Shown: piece by piece, positions 37,512-47,093 of the stretch
Numbering within the stretch: the stretch's first letter is position 1
Layout: each line of letters opens with the position of its first letter
Origin: Patescibacteria group bacterium
Lineage (GTDB): Bacteria > Patescibacteriota > Patescibacteriia > Buchananbacterales > UBA6539
Assembly (NCBI GenBank): GCA_041649675.1
Contig: JBAZMQ010000004.1
Span: 16,338 to 80,337 of the forward strand
Direction of reading: 5' to 3'
Length of the DNA: 64,000 nucleotides
Notes under the pieces: model-generated
What the model was told of the DNA's origin: nothing
Seen by the model: only the letters and a program-made list of their open reading frames with translations
Databases searched by the model: none
Program-made: the position numbers and the translations under genes

Positions 37512-38708
37512 ATGGCAGAGATAAATCTTTTACCAAGTGATTTGAGAGAAAAGGAACAAAAAGAATTGGAAACGGCTAGAAAAAAGTCGAGGCCGGTTAA
37601 TATTGAATTAACTAATCCAAAAATTGAAAAGCTGAAAGAACCGGCTTATGCCGCACCCAGGCAGTCTATTCTAAGCCGTCTTTTTGCTAAAAAAATTGAG
37701 ACACCAAAATCATTATCATCTTTCCCTAATCAAGAACGCCAAAAACCGATTGAAAAAATGCCTAAAGTGGCGGAGAAAAATTTTCATATCCCAAGTTTAC
37801 CAATTGAGAAATCAAAAGTGAGAATTGATTTATCGGGTAATGAAGATGCCACTGCTCAGAAAGAAACGTTTGAGACTGATTACAAATTATTTAATGATGA
37901 ATCCGGCAAAGATAAAGTCAACGAGAAAAAAGAAGATCAGGTAAAGATTGAGTTGAATAAATTGCCACCAAAGAAGAAATCATTCAGTTTTAGTGGTTTA
38001 TTTTTTGGTAAAAAGATTAAGTCTGAAGATGACAGATCAAAACCAGTCGGTAATTTTGTCGCCAGAGAGAAGAAGGCTGGGAAAGTAAAAAATAAAAGTA
38101 GGGGTTTTAAAAGGGAAAAGACGGATATTTTGGACGTAAATTTAATTCCAGCCGAATTAGGCAAACGGCCCGAGTTGGAATTAGGCAAAAGACTATTTGC
38201 TTCCGGTGCTGTTATTCTTGGGTTTATTTTGTTAATTGCTGCAGGGTATTTGGGAATCACTTGGTACCAGGTTAAAGTTACTCAAGACATTAGCGGCGTT
38301 GAATCTAGAATTGAGACATTAGATCAAGAAATTGTTCAATATGAAAAAGATAAACAGGTTGCTTTAGACATGCAGCAAAGTCTAGAATCAGTCCGGCAAC
38401 TTTTGAATCAGCATGTCTATTGGACTAATTTTTTCAATTTGTTGGAAAAAAATACTATTGGTGAAGTGAAATATGTCAATTTTTCTATGGCCGGCCAGAA
38501 TAAATTAGTTATTTCGGCCTTTGGCAAAGATTATCATTCAGTCGCTAAACAATTGATTGCTTTTCAAAAAGCCACTGATTTTGTTAAAAACGTAAAAATT
38601 GACGCGGCTTCAGCCGAAATTGATCCTGAAACTGGCAATTATACCGGTGTTAATTTTAATATTGATTTAGAGTTTCAGCCTAATGTATTTTTAAAGCCGA
38701 TTGAATAG
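37512..38708 (+). CDS. pilN: PilN-like pilus assembly protein with a ~200-aa charged insertion
   Basis: Starts with the conserved 'EINLLPSDL' motif. A K/E-rich region and a single TM ('AVILGFILLIAAGYLGITWY') precede a PilN-like periplasmic domain. Confidence 0.55.
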   Translation: MAEINLLPSDLREKEQKELETARKKSRPVNIELTNPKIEKLKEPAYAAPRQSILSRLFAKKIETPKSLSSFPNQERQKPIEKMPKVAEKNFHIPSLPIEKSKVRIDLSGNEDATAQKETFETDYKLFNDESGKDKVNEKKEDQVKIELNKLPPKKKSFSFSGLFFGKKIKSEDDRSKPVGNFVAREKKAGKVKNKSRGFKREKTDILDVNLIPAELGKRPELELGKRLFASGAVILGFILLIAAGYLGITWYQVKVTQDISGVESRIETLDQEIVQYEKDKQVALDMQQSLESVRQLLNQHVYWTNFFNLLEKNTIGEVKYVNFSMAGQNKLVISAFGKDYHSVAKQLIAFQKATDFVKNVKIDAASAEIDPETGNYTGVNFNIDLEFQPNVFLKPIE

Positions 38709-38725
38709 CATTAATAATAAATATC

Positions 38726-39334
38726 ATGGCCGAAGTTAAAGATGAAAAAAATAAAAAAGATCTGCAGCTGAAATTAGCGGTTTTGCGGTACTATAAATTG
38801 GTTACAGTTCTTTTGCTTATTGTCATTGGTACTTTAAGCTACTATTTTATTTTAGAACCAAAATATCAGGCCGTTGGTATTGGTGGCAAATATAATTTGG
38901 ACACTCTGAATCAAGATTTGAACAAAAGGCAGAATTATTTAAGCAATTTACAGAAATTGATAGCTAATTATCAAAAAATTAGTCAGGAACAGGTAGCCAA
39001 GCTTAGTGAAATTTTGCCACCGAAAGAGGATATTCCGGATCTTTTTATCCAATTGCAGAATTTAGCCCAAGAACAAAATCTTTTATTATCAAGTATTAGC
39101 ATCAATGAAGTGCCAGACACGGCCCAAGCCAAAAATGCCAACAGCCAAATTAAAAAATTAAGTATTAGTTTGAACCTAATTGGTGGTAAGGGTGATAGCT
39201 ATAGTGAGATCAAACAATTTCTAGCGGCTTTGGAATATAATTTGCGCTTGTTTGATGTTAACTCTGTTTATTTTAGCCCTGATTCCCCAAGCTATACTAT
39301 CAACATCTTTACTTATTATTACAAGAAAGGCTAG
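38726..39334 (+). CDS. pilO: PilO-like pilus assembly protein
   Basis: N-terminal TM plus a coiled-coil and periplasmic domain, in operon position after pilN. Confidence 0.45.
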   Translation: MAEVKDEKNKKDLQLKLAVLRYYKLVTVLLLIVIGTLSYYFILEPKYQAVGIGGKYNLDTLNQDLNKRQNYLSNLQKLIANYQKISQEQVAKLSEILPPKEDIPDLFIQLQNLAQEQNLLLSSISINEVPDTAQAKNANSQIKKLSISLNLIGGKGDSYSEIKQFLAALEYNLRLFDVNSVYFSPDSPSYTINIFTYYYKKG

Positions 39335-39342
39335 ATTAGCAT

Positions 39343-39627
39343 ATGCTTGTCCCTAAAAAAATGACGAGAATAAAAAAAGCAATACTAGTTTTGGTTAGTA
39401 TTGGGCTTTTGGCAGTCATTGGTTATTTAGTCTATGACAATTTTATTGCTAATCCAAAAATAATCAGTACCAATATTAGCGGCAAGCGAATTCAGGTAAT
39501 CAATATTACCACTATTCAGCCTAATTTTTCCGATGATTTTTTACTTAAGTCGCCCTATACCAATCTCCAATCCCATTCACAGCCAATAATGATTGATAAT
39601 CTTGGTCGGGCAAATCCATTCCAATAA
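39343..39627 (+). CDS. Small membrane-anchored protein (94 aa), possibly PilP-like
   Basis: Single N-terminal TM; position inside the pilus operon. Confidence 0.35.
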   Translation: MLVPKKMTRIKKAILVLVSIGLLAVIGYLVYDNFIANPKIISTNISGKRIQVINITTIQPNFSDDFLLKSPYTNLQSHSQPIMIDNLGRANPFQ

Positions 39628-39666
39628 TATTGGTGCCTAAAAATCTTTTAACCCAATCAATAATTA

Positions 39667-41400
39667 ATGTATCAAGATCAAAACCAATTAGTCCAAGCTT
39701 TAGTTGCCGCCAACTTATTAACGAAAGAGACGGCAACTGATTTGCAAAATAAAGCGATTGCAGCTCAAAAAGCCGTTGAAGATTTGATTGTGGCCGAAAA
39801 TTTAGTCTCGGAAGATAAATTAATTGAAACCAAATCAAAATTATTAAATATTCCAATTACTGATTTGCAAGGCAGACAAATTCCTAAAAAGGTTTTGAAT
39901 TTAATACCGCAAGAAGTAGCTGAAAATTACAAGATGATTCCTTTTGAGCAGGTTGAAAATGAGCTCCATGTCGGCCTGATTAACCCGCAGAATTTTAAAG
40001 CGATTGAAGCAGTTGAGTTTTTAGCCCAGAAGGCTAATTTAAAAGTTCGTTATTTTATAATTTCTAATATTAGTTTTAGAGCGGCTTTTCGTCAGTACCA
40101 AATTCTAGGCGAAGAAGTTAAGGAAGCATTGGCTGATATTACTAATCAACCATCAGTCGGTCAAGAAGTTATGCCTCAAGATGCAAAGGAGATGGAAGAA
40201 GTAATAAAGAGCGCGCCGATTTCAAAAATGGTTTTGGTAATAATCCGTCATGCAATTGATGGCCGAGCCTCAGATATTCATATTGAACCAACAATGAAAG
40301 ATGTTAAAGTTCGTTATCGGATTGATGGTATTTTAAGGACTTCTTTAGTTTTGCCAAGGTATGTTCATTCGGCCATTGTTGCCCGGATAAAAGTTTTAGC
40401 CAATTTAAAGTTAGATGAAACCCGCAAACCACAGGATGGTCGGATTAGATTGACGATTGAAGGCCGCGATATTGATTTCCGTGTTTCTACTTTACCGTTA
40501 TTTGAAGGAGAAAAAGTAGTTTTAAGAATTTTAGACACCCAAGCCCAGGTGCCGGCCTTAGACCAGCTAGGTTTTAATAAAATTCATATTGATTTAATCA
40601 ATGAAGCAATTAAAAAACCTCACGGCTTGACTTTGTTGACTGGTCCGGTCGGTTCGGGTAAAACCACGACTTTGTATACTATTCTGACAATGTTAAATCG
40701 TGACGGTATGAATATTGTTACCCTTGAAGATCCGATTGAATATTATATTTTAGGCGTTAATCAATCTCAAATTAATCCGGACGTCGGTTTTACTTTTGCT
40801 TCTGGGTTAAGGGCAATTTTGCGTCAGGATCCAAATATTGTCATGCTTGGTGAAATTCGTGACAAAGAAACCACTGAATTAGTCGTTCATGCTAGTTTGA
40901 CTGGTCACATGATTCTTTCCACTTTGCATACCAGTAGTGCCATTGGCGCTATTCCTCGGTTAGTTGATTTGGGAGCTGAACCATTTTTACTTTCTTCAAT
41001 TATTAATTTAATTATTGGCCAACGTTTAGCCAGAAAGGTCTGTCCGGATTGTCGGATTGAAGCTGAAGTTCCTGAACCAATAATGAAAAGAATTAAGGAA
41101 CAAATTGCTGGTATTCCGGCTAAATATTTAGTTGGAGTTGACGCTAGTAAGCTAGTATTTTATAGAGGTCAAGGTTGTTCTCACTGCGGAAATTTAGGCT
41201 ATCAGGGCCGGGTGGCGGTGGCGGAAGTAATTAATATTAATAATGAAATTCGCGAGCTTATTAGCGAAGGTGGTAATGTAACGGCAATTAAAAAAGTTTT
41301 AGAAAAACAGGACTTTATTACTCTAACCCAAGATTGTTTGATTAAAGCCTTGCAGGGCATCACTACAGTTGAAGAAGTAATGAGGGTATCTCAGCTCTAA
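39667..41400 (+). CDS. pilB: Type IV pilus assembly ATPase PilB (GspE family)
   Basis: Walker A 'LLTGPVGSGKTTTLY', Asp box, His box and a C-terminal tetracysteine ('CPDC...CSHC'). Confidence 0.9.
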   Translation: MYQDQNQLVQALVAANLLTKETATDLQNKAIAAQKAVEDLIVAENLVSEDKLIETKSKLLNIPITDLQGRQIPKKVLNLIPQEVAENYKMIPFEQVENELHVGLINPQNFKAIEAVEFLAQKANLKVRYFIISNISFRAAFRQYQILGEEVKEALADITNQPSVGQEVMPQDAKEMEEVIKSAPISKMVLVIIRHAIDGRASDIHIEPTMKDVKVRYRIDGILRTSLVLPRYVHSAIVARIKVLANLKLDETRKPQDGRIRLTIEGRDIDFRVSTLPLFEGEKVVLRILDTQAQVPALDQLGFNKIHIDLINEAIKKPHGLTLLTGPVGSGKTTTLYTILTMLNRDGMNIVTLEDPIEYYILGVNQSQINPDVGFTFASGLRAILRQDPNIVMLGEIRDKETTELVVHASLTGHMILSTLHTSSAIGAIPRLVDLGAEPFLLSSIINLIIGQRLARKVCPDCRIEAEVPEPIMKRIKEQIAGIPAKYLVGVDASKLVFYRGQGCSHCGNLGYQGRVAVAEVININNEIRELISEGGNVTAIKKVLEKQDFITLTQDCLIKALQGITTVEEVMRVSQL

Positions 41401-41435
41401 TTATTATTTATAGATTAAATTAAAATTTTAAATTT

Positions 41436-41813
41436 ATGTCTAAGAAAAAATCCATTCTTTTAGTTGAAGATGATGAGTTTTTGGCCGAACTTTATGCGAC
41501 CAAGCTCAATTTGGAGGGGTATGAAGTTTCTTTAGCGGTCAGCGGTGATAAAGGCTTAAAATTAATCAGAGAGAAAAAACCGGATTTGGTTTTGCTGGAT
41601 ATAATTTTACCGAAAATGGACGGGTTTGAGATTCTCAAGGCAGTTAAAGAAGATAAAGCCCTAAAAGACATTCCGATTATTCTTTTAACCAATTTAAGCC
41701 AAAAAGATGAAGTTAAGAAAGGTTTAGAACTGGGAGCGGTTGACTATTTGATTAAGGCCCATTTTATGCCTTCTGAAGTAGTCAAAAAGATAAAACAAGT
41801 GATGGGTGATTAA
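41436..41813 (+). CDS. Stand-alone response-regulator receiver domain protein (CheY/PilH-like)
   Basis: 'ILLVEDDEF...PDLVLLDIILPKMDGFEIL...KDIPIILLTNL' with receiver Asp residues. Confidence 0.8.
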   Translation: MSKKKSILLVEDDEFLAELYATKLNLEGYEVSLAVSGDKGLKLIREKKPDLVLLDIILPKMDGFEILKAVKEDKALKDIPIILLTNLSQKDEVKKGLELGAVDYLIKAHFMPSEVVKKIKQVMGD

Positions 41814-41830
41814 ATTTAAATTATAATTTT

Positions 41831-42904
41831 ATGGAAGCTTCCTCTAACATTATTATCAATAAAATTTTAACGGCGGCGGCTAAACAGCGTGCTTCTAATG
41901 TTCATCTGACCGTTGGCGCCTATCCAACCTTAAGAATTGACGAGGAGTTGTTTGAGCTTAAAGATGAACAAATTATTACCAATGATTTTGTTATTAAGCT
42001 GGCTGATGGTTGGTTGGAAACTGATCAAAAGAAAATATTAGATGAAAAAAGGGAAGTTGTTTTTGTTAAAGAAATTGCTAAACAATTTAGGGTAAAAGTC
42101 GCTTTTTTCTTTCAGAAGAATTTTTTATCCGCTTCTTTAAGGTTAATCCCGGCCCAAATTCCACCATTGATTAATTTAGGTTTGCCTAAGTCAGTTTATA
42201 GTCTGAGTGATAAAAAAGCCGGTTTGATTATTGTTACTGGTCCTTATGGTTCTGGTCGAACAACTACAGTCGCTTCCATCGTTGAGGAAATCAACAAGAG
42301 CCGGAAAGAAAATATTATTACCATTGAACAACCAATTGAATATTTGTTTACTAATAAAGAGAGTTTAATTGAACAAAGGGAGGTTGGCCGAGATGTTAAT
42401 TCCTTTACCGATGCTTTGCAATCTTGTCAGCAGGCCGATGTTGACGTGGTGGCTTTAGCGGTAACCGCTGAGGCTGGAGCAATACCTTTAGCTTTGGAAT
42501 TTGCTAATTCAGGAAGGTTGGCCATTATGACGATGGAAACAGTTTCGGCAATTCAAACCATTGAAGAAATTTTTGCTGCTTTTCCCAAAGAAGAGCAACA
42601 ACGGGCACCACTTTTATTATCTGAAGGTCTGCTGGCAATTATTGCTCAGCGGGTGGTGCCAAAAGTCGGTGGTGGGTTAGTTCTAGCGGCCGAAGTTCTG
42701 ATTGCGACTGAAGCGGTTAAATCATTAATTCGTGAAGGCAGAATTAAACAAATTAATACCATATTGCAAAGCTCACGCGCCGAAGGAATGCTAAGTTTGG
42801 ATCAATCATTGGCTGAGTTGGTCAAATCAGGCGAAGTTTTAATTGATCAAGCAATTGAATATGCCAATGACCCGGGGAGTTTTCGAGCGATGGCCAAAGG
42901 TTAA
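41831..42904 (+). CDS. pilT: Twitching-motility / pilus retraction ATPase PilT
   Basis: Walker A 'IIVTGPYGSGRTTT' and PilT-like length and motifs. Confidence 0.8.
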   Translation: MEASSNIIINKILTAAAKQRASNVHLTVGAYPTLRIDEELFELKDEQIITNDFVIKLADGWLETDQKKILDEKREVVFVKEIAKQFRVKVAFFFQKNFLSASLRLIPAQIPPLINLGLPKSVYSLSDKKAGLIIVTGPYGSGRTTTVASIVEEINKSRKENIITIEQPIEYLFTNKESLIEQREVGRDVNSFTDALQSCQQADVDVVALAVTAEAGAIPLALEFANSGRLAIMTMETVSAIQTIEEIFAAFPKEEQQRAPLLLSEGLLAIIAQRVVPKVGGGLVLAAEVLIATEAVKSLIREGRIKQINTILQSSRAEGMLSLDQSLAELVKSGEVLIDQAIEYANDPGSFRAMAKG

Positions 42905-42939
42905 AATTCTTATTTCCTAGAAAATGAAAATTTTATTTT

Positions 42940-44145
42940 ATGCCTTATTTTCGTTACAAAGCCCAAGATGAAGAAGGGGAAACAATTGAAGGAATGATTC
43001 AAGCTGCTTCTCAGGACGTAGCGGCAGACACTTTGGCTGACCAAAATTTAACTATTTTATTTTTAAGTGAAGAAAAAGTTAGCTTTTTTGAACGGTCATT
43101 AAAATCTTTAAATCGGGTCAAGATTAAAGATCTAGTTATTTTTTCTCGGCAATTATCAGTCATTGTCTCGGCAACAATTCCTTTAGTTCAAGGTTTAAAG
43201 ATTTTAATTAATCAAACCGAAAGTCCGGTTTTAAAAACCGTAATTTCTGAGGTGGCTGATGATGTTGAAGGCGGGGCAAAACTTTCGGCGGCCCTGAGTC
43301 GCCACCGCGAGATATTTAATGATTTTTTTATTAATATTATTAGGTCCGGAGAAACCTCTGGTAAACTGGATGAAGTTTTAAATTATTTGGCTGATCAGCA
43401 GGAAAAAGATTATGATTTGGTTTCTAAAATTCGCGGGGCAATGATTTATCCGGCTTTTATCGTCTCTGGTCTTTTAATCGTTGGTACGGTAATGATGATT
43501 TTTGTCATTCCGCAGTTAACGTCAGTTTTAACCGAGACTGGTGCCGAGCTGCCACTTTCAACTAAGCTTTTAATTGGGGCTAGTAATTTTTTAACCCATT
43601 ATTGGTGGATTTTACTGATTGGTATTTCAGCAGTTATTCTTGGCTTAAGATTTTTTATCAAAACTAAATCGGGCCGGTATTATTGGGATAGTTTGAAATT
43701 GAAGCTTCCGATTTTTGGCAAGTTGTTTCAAAAGATAATTTTAGTTCGGTTTACTCGTAGTCTTTTTACCTTGACCACTGGTGGCGTATCTCTGACCAAA
43801 AGTTTGGATATTGTTTCTGATGTAGTTGGCAATCAGGTATATAAACAGTTGATTCAGGAAACCAAACGGGAGGTTGAAGACGGTAATTCAATTGCCACAG
43901 TTTTTATGCGCAGCAAGCAGGTGCCGGTTATGGTCTCACAAATGCTGAGTTTGGGCGAAAAGACTGGTCGAATTGATGATATTTTAAATCGTCTAGCTAA
44001 TTTTTATGGCCGGGAAGTTGATAATATTGTTACTAATTTAGTTAGTTTGTTAGAGCCATTAATTATGGTTTTGATGGCGGTAGCAGTTGGTGTCCTGGTT
44101 TCAGCAATAATTTTACCGATGTATAGCTTGGCTTCTAGTTTATAG
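42940..44145 (+). CDS. pilC: Type IV pilus inner-membrane platform protein PilC (GspF family)
   Basis: Two T2SS-F repeats and three TM helices, length 401 aa. Confidence 0.85.
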   Translation: MPYFRYKAQDEEGETIEGMIQAASQDVAADTLADQNLTILFLSEEKVSFFERSLKSLNRVKIKDLVIFSRQLSVIVSATIPLVQGLKILINQTESPVLKTVISEVADDVEGGAKLSAALSRHREIFNDFFINIIRSGETSGKLDEVLNYLADQQEKDYDLVSKIRGAMIYPAFIVSGLLIVGTVMMIFVIPQLTSVLTETGAELPLSTKLLIGASNFLTHYWWILLIGISAVILGLRFFIKTKSGRYYWDSLKLKLPIFGKLFQKIILVRFTRSLFTLTTGGVSLTKSLDIVSDVVGNQVYKQLIQETKREVEDGNSIATVFMRSKQVPVMVSQMLSLGEKTGRIDDILNRLANFYGREVDNIVTNLVSLLEPLIMVLMAVAVGVLVSAIILPMYSLASSL

Positions 44146-44249
44146 TTTTTAGCGTTTGTTGATTTGCTAATTTTTTGTTATAATATAAATAATTGTTAAT
44201 AACTAAAAAATAAAAGTTCGCAACAAATGCGACCCAAAACAAGGAAAGG

Positions 44250-44437
44250 GGGTGAAAAAATGAGAAAGAAACAAGGTTTTACTCTTATTGAGTTGCTGGT
44301 AGTTATCGCTATTATTGGACTTTTGTCCACTTTGGCAGTTGTGGCTTTAAATTCCGCTCGTCAGAAGGCCAGGGATGCCAAGCGGGTGGCTGATATTAAA
44401 CAAATTCAGACCGCTTTAGAGCTTTATTTCAACGATA
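44250..44437 (+). repeat. Dispersed direct repeat copy A (~190 bp, ~93% identity overall, including an 89-nt 100%-identical core at 44347-44435) shared with the second pilin gene
   Basis: Direct comparison of the RBS and first ~180 nt of pilin 1 with pilin 2. Confidence 0.85.
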
Positions 44438-44721
44438 ACACAACTTATCCGGCAGCCACTGGTGATCTAGGTTCAACTAATTTTGCCTGTTTAGGTGGTG
44501 GTGGTTTCGGGACAGCCGGCGCTACGGCTTGTACCGGCACTACTTATATGGGGTTGATCCCATCCAATCCAGCCCCGACTGCTGCTTCAACTGGTGTTTA
44601 TTATTATGTTAGCGCTGGCGGAGATAGTTATAATATAATCTTTGCCCTTGAAGGAACTACTGGTGGATTGAACAAGGGAGCCAATGGGCTTTATACTGCC
44701 TCCCAAGACGGAATTAAGTAA
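44260..44721 (+). CDS. pilA: Type IV major pilin, paralog 1 (prepilin with class III signal peptide)
   Basis: 'MRKKQG|FTLIELLVVIAIIGLLSTLAV' prepilin cleavage/methylation motif. The start at ATG 44260 (RBS AGGAAAGGGGG) is preferred over the track start at 44227. Confidence 0.85.
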   Translation: MRKKQGFTLIELLVVIAIIGLLSTLAVVALNSARQKARDAKRVADIKQIQTALELYFNDNTTYPAATGDLGSTNFACLGGGGFGTAGATACTGTTYMGLIPSNPAPTAASTGVYYYVSAGGDSYNIIFALEGTTGGLNKGANGLYTASQDGIK

Positions 44722-44747
44722 TTTTCATATAATCTGGAGCTCCAAAA

Positions 44748-44782
44748 CAAACCCTCCATTACCTGGAGGGTTTGTTATTAAT
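44748..44782 (+). terminator. Intrinsic terminator after pilin 1 (12-bp stem AACAAACCCTCC/GGAGGGTTTGTT, loop ATTACCT, then T-rich)
   Basis: Perfect stem-loop followed by 'ttattaattt'. Confidence 0.75.
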
Positions 44783-44811
44783 TTCAGACCAAAAAATGGT
44801 ATAATAGAATC

Positions 44812-47076
44812 ATGAAATCATTAAAGAAAAATTTTTTGGTAATTGGCGGCTTTTTAGCTTTGGTGGTTTTATTTTTTTCACCTTATCTATTATCAGGAAA
44901 AATTCCTTATGTCGGAGATTTCACCGGCAGTGATTTAACCGAACTCAATCTACCTTTACGATTTTTAGCCAGCCAATCATGGCAATCTGGCCAGGTGCCG
45001 CTTTGGACTAATCTTCTAGCCAATGGTTTTGCCATCGTGGCTGAAGGCCAGGCGGGAGTTTTTTATCCTTTTAATTTAATCCTTTTCCCTTTTCTGCCCT
45101 TTGGTTTAGCCGTTAATCTGAGCCTGGTGATTAATTTCTTCCTGGCCGGTTTATTTATATACATTTACTGCCGATTTTTAAAAATTAGTCGCTTTGGTTC
45201 AATTTTTGCCGCAGTTGCTTTTAGTTTCAGTGGCTTTTTTGTTTTTCGGTTAAAGCATTTAAATTTGGTTAATGCCGCAATTTGGTTGCCATTAATATTC
45301 TATTTGATTGAAAAATATTTTGTTAGCAAAAGAAAATCATTAATTTTAATTGCTTTAAGTTTTGTTTTTACCATTCAATTTTTTGCCGGTCATCCGCAAA
45401 TTTTGTATATTTCTTTAATTTCAGCGGTTTTCTATTTTTACTTGAAAGCAATTTTTGTTTTCAATTTCAAAATTAATTATTTAATTACTAAATTAATCTG
45501 GCCTTGGATAATTATTGGCTTGATCTTGTTTGGTTTGGCCGCGATTCAGCTCTTACCAACCCTTTTTTATTCAGCTTCTTCCGGCCGAAGCTTAGCCATG
45601 TCTTATACTGATATCACCGGTTTTCCTTTTTTACCAGCCAATATTTTGTATTTTGTTGCGCCCTATTTTTTGGGCAATCCGGCTTTTGGGACTTATCCAT
45701 TTGATACTCATATTTTTGGTATCTTTTGGGAAAATAATATTTATTTTGGTTTAAGTGCCTTGCTTTTGGCTTTGGTGGCCATTTTTTCTTTAGTGGCCAA
45801 AAAGAAGGAAGTTAGATTTTTAGTAATTTTATTTTTGTTTTCCGGTTTATTTATCCTTGGCGATTCCAATCCAATATTTATTATTCTTTGGCAATTATTA
45901 CCGGGCTTGCAAATGTTTCGTTTTCCTCAACGCTTTTTTCTTTTGGCTTTATTTTGTCTAACGGTTTTGGCCGGATTTGGTTTTGATTTTATTTTTGAAA
46001 AAATAAATCAATGGTTTTTAAAAACCGGACGGATAATAAAATCAAAAATTTTGTTTAATACTTTATTACCGCTGACACTAATTTTAATTTTAGCTGTTGA
46101 TTTATTTGTAGTAAGCTTCAATTATTTGGGAGCGTTGGATTATGGGAAATATTTTTCTCCCTCGCAAAGTGCGCAATTTTTGCAACAAGACCCAGATAAA
46201 TTCAGAATTTATAGTTTTGACTGGCCAAACACTTGGAGTTCTATTTATCAAGTGTCTGGCGGTTGGCAAAATAATCTTTCACTTTTTAATTCCGGCCGCG
46301 AACTAATTCCGCCAAATTTGAATGTATTTTGGAATTTAGCTTCGGCTCAGGACAGAGCTTCTTTGGAAGGCGGCATGTTACCGAAAGCTGCCCAGCAGTT
46401 AGGCAACCGTTTAATGTTAGAGACTTGGTTGGGCAAAAATAATAATGGTAATAAAATTATTGTTTCCGATCAAGCCTTAAAAATTTTTGGCTTAGAAAAT
46501 GTTAAATATTTTTTATCATTCAAGGAGCTTGATAATCAGAATTTAATTTTAGCTAAGGAGATAAAAAATGATTTTTTGCCACCGCTAAAAATTTATCAAA
46601 ACAAATATTTTTTACCTTTCGCCTTTGGTGTGTTTAAAACGAAGTCAATATTGGCCGATGATCAGGCGATGAATTATCTTTTTGATCCGAATTTTGATCC
46701 GGCTCAAGAAATAGTTTTGGCTGCCGCTAAGGCTGATTTACCATCAACGGTTGAAAAACCGCAAGGGCAAGTCAAAATAATAAAGCAGCTTGGCAACCAA
46801 ATAGTTTTTCAAGTTAATTTTTCTCAGCCTGGCTATTTATTTGTTAGTCAAAATTTTGTGCCTGGTTGGCAAGCCAAAATTGATAATCAACCAACTAAAA
46901 TTATCAGAGCTAACCAAGTTTTCTCGGCAGTTTTAGTCCCAGCCGGTAATTACCAAATTACTTTTGCTTTTGAACCAATTGCTTATCTAATTGGTAAGTG
47001 GCTAACATTAATTACTTTGGCCAGTATATTTGTTTTTGGACTTTATGCTTTCTTTCGTAAAAAGTCAGTAATTTAA
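44812..47076 (+). CDS. Large polytopic membrane protein, YfhO-like putative GT-C glycosyltransferase (754 aa)
   Basis: About 12 N-terminal TM helices, a ~330-aa extracytoplasmic domain and a terminal TM ('WLTLITLASIFVFGLYAFF'). Own extended -10 'TGGTATAAT' at 44786-44794. Confidence 0.4.
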   Translation: MKSLKKNFLVIGGFLALVVLFFSPYLLSGKIPYVGDFTGSDLTELNLPLRFLASQSWQSGQVPLWTNLLANGFAIVAEGQAGVFYPFNLILFPFLPFGLAVNLSLVINFFLAGLFIYIYCRFLKISRFGSIFAAVAFSFSGFFVFRLKHLNLVNAAIWLPLIFYLIEKYFVSKRKSLILIALSFVFTIQFFAGHPQILYISLISAVFYFYLKAIFVFNFKINYLITKLIWPWIIIGLILFGLAAIQLLPTLFYSASSGRSLAMSYTDITGFPFLPANILYFVAPYFLGNPAFGTYPFDTHIFGIFWENNIYFGLSALLLALVAIFSLVAKKKEVRFLVILFLFSGLFILGDSNPIFIILWQLLPGLQMFRFPQRFFLLALFCLTVLAGFGFDFIFEKINQWFLKTGRIIKSKILFNTLLPLTLILILAVDLFVVSFNYLGALDYGKYFSPSQSAQFLQQDPDKFRIYSFDWPNTWSSIYQVSGGWQNNLSLFNSGRELIPPNLNVFWNLASAQDRASLEGGMLPKAAQQLGNRLMLETWLGKNNNGNKIIVSDQALKIFGLENVKYFLSFKELDNQNLILAKEIKNDFLPPLKIYQNKYFLPFAFGVFKTKSILADDQAMNYLFDPNFDPAQEIVLAAAKADLPSTVEKPQGQVKIIKQLGNQIVFQVNFSQPGYLFVSQNFVPGWQAKIDNQPTKIIRANQVFSAVLVPAGNYQITFAFEPIAYLIGKWLTLITLASIFVFGLYAFFRKKSVI

Positions 47077-47093
47077 TATTATATAATAATTTT

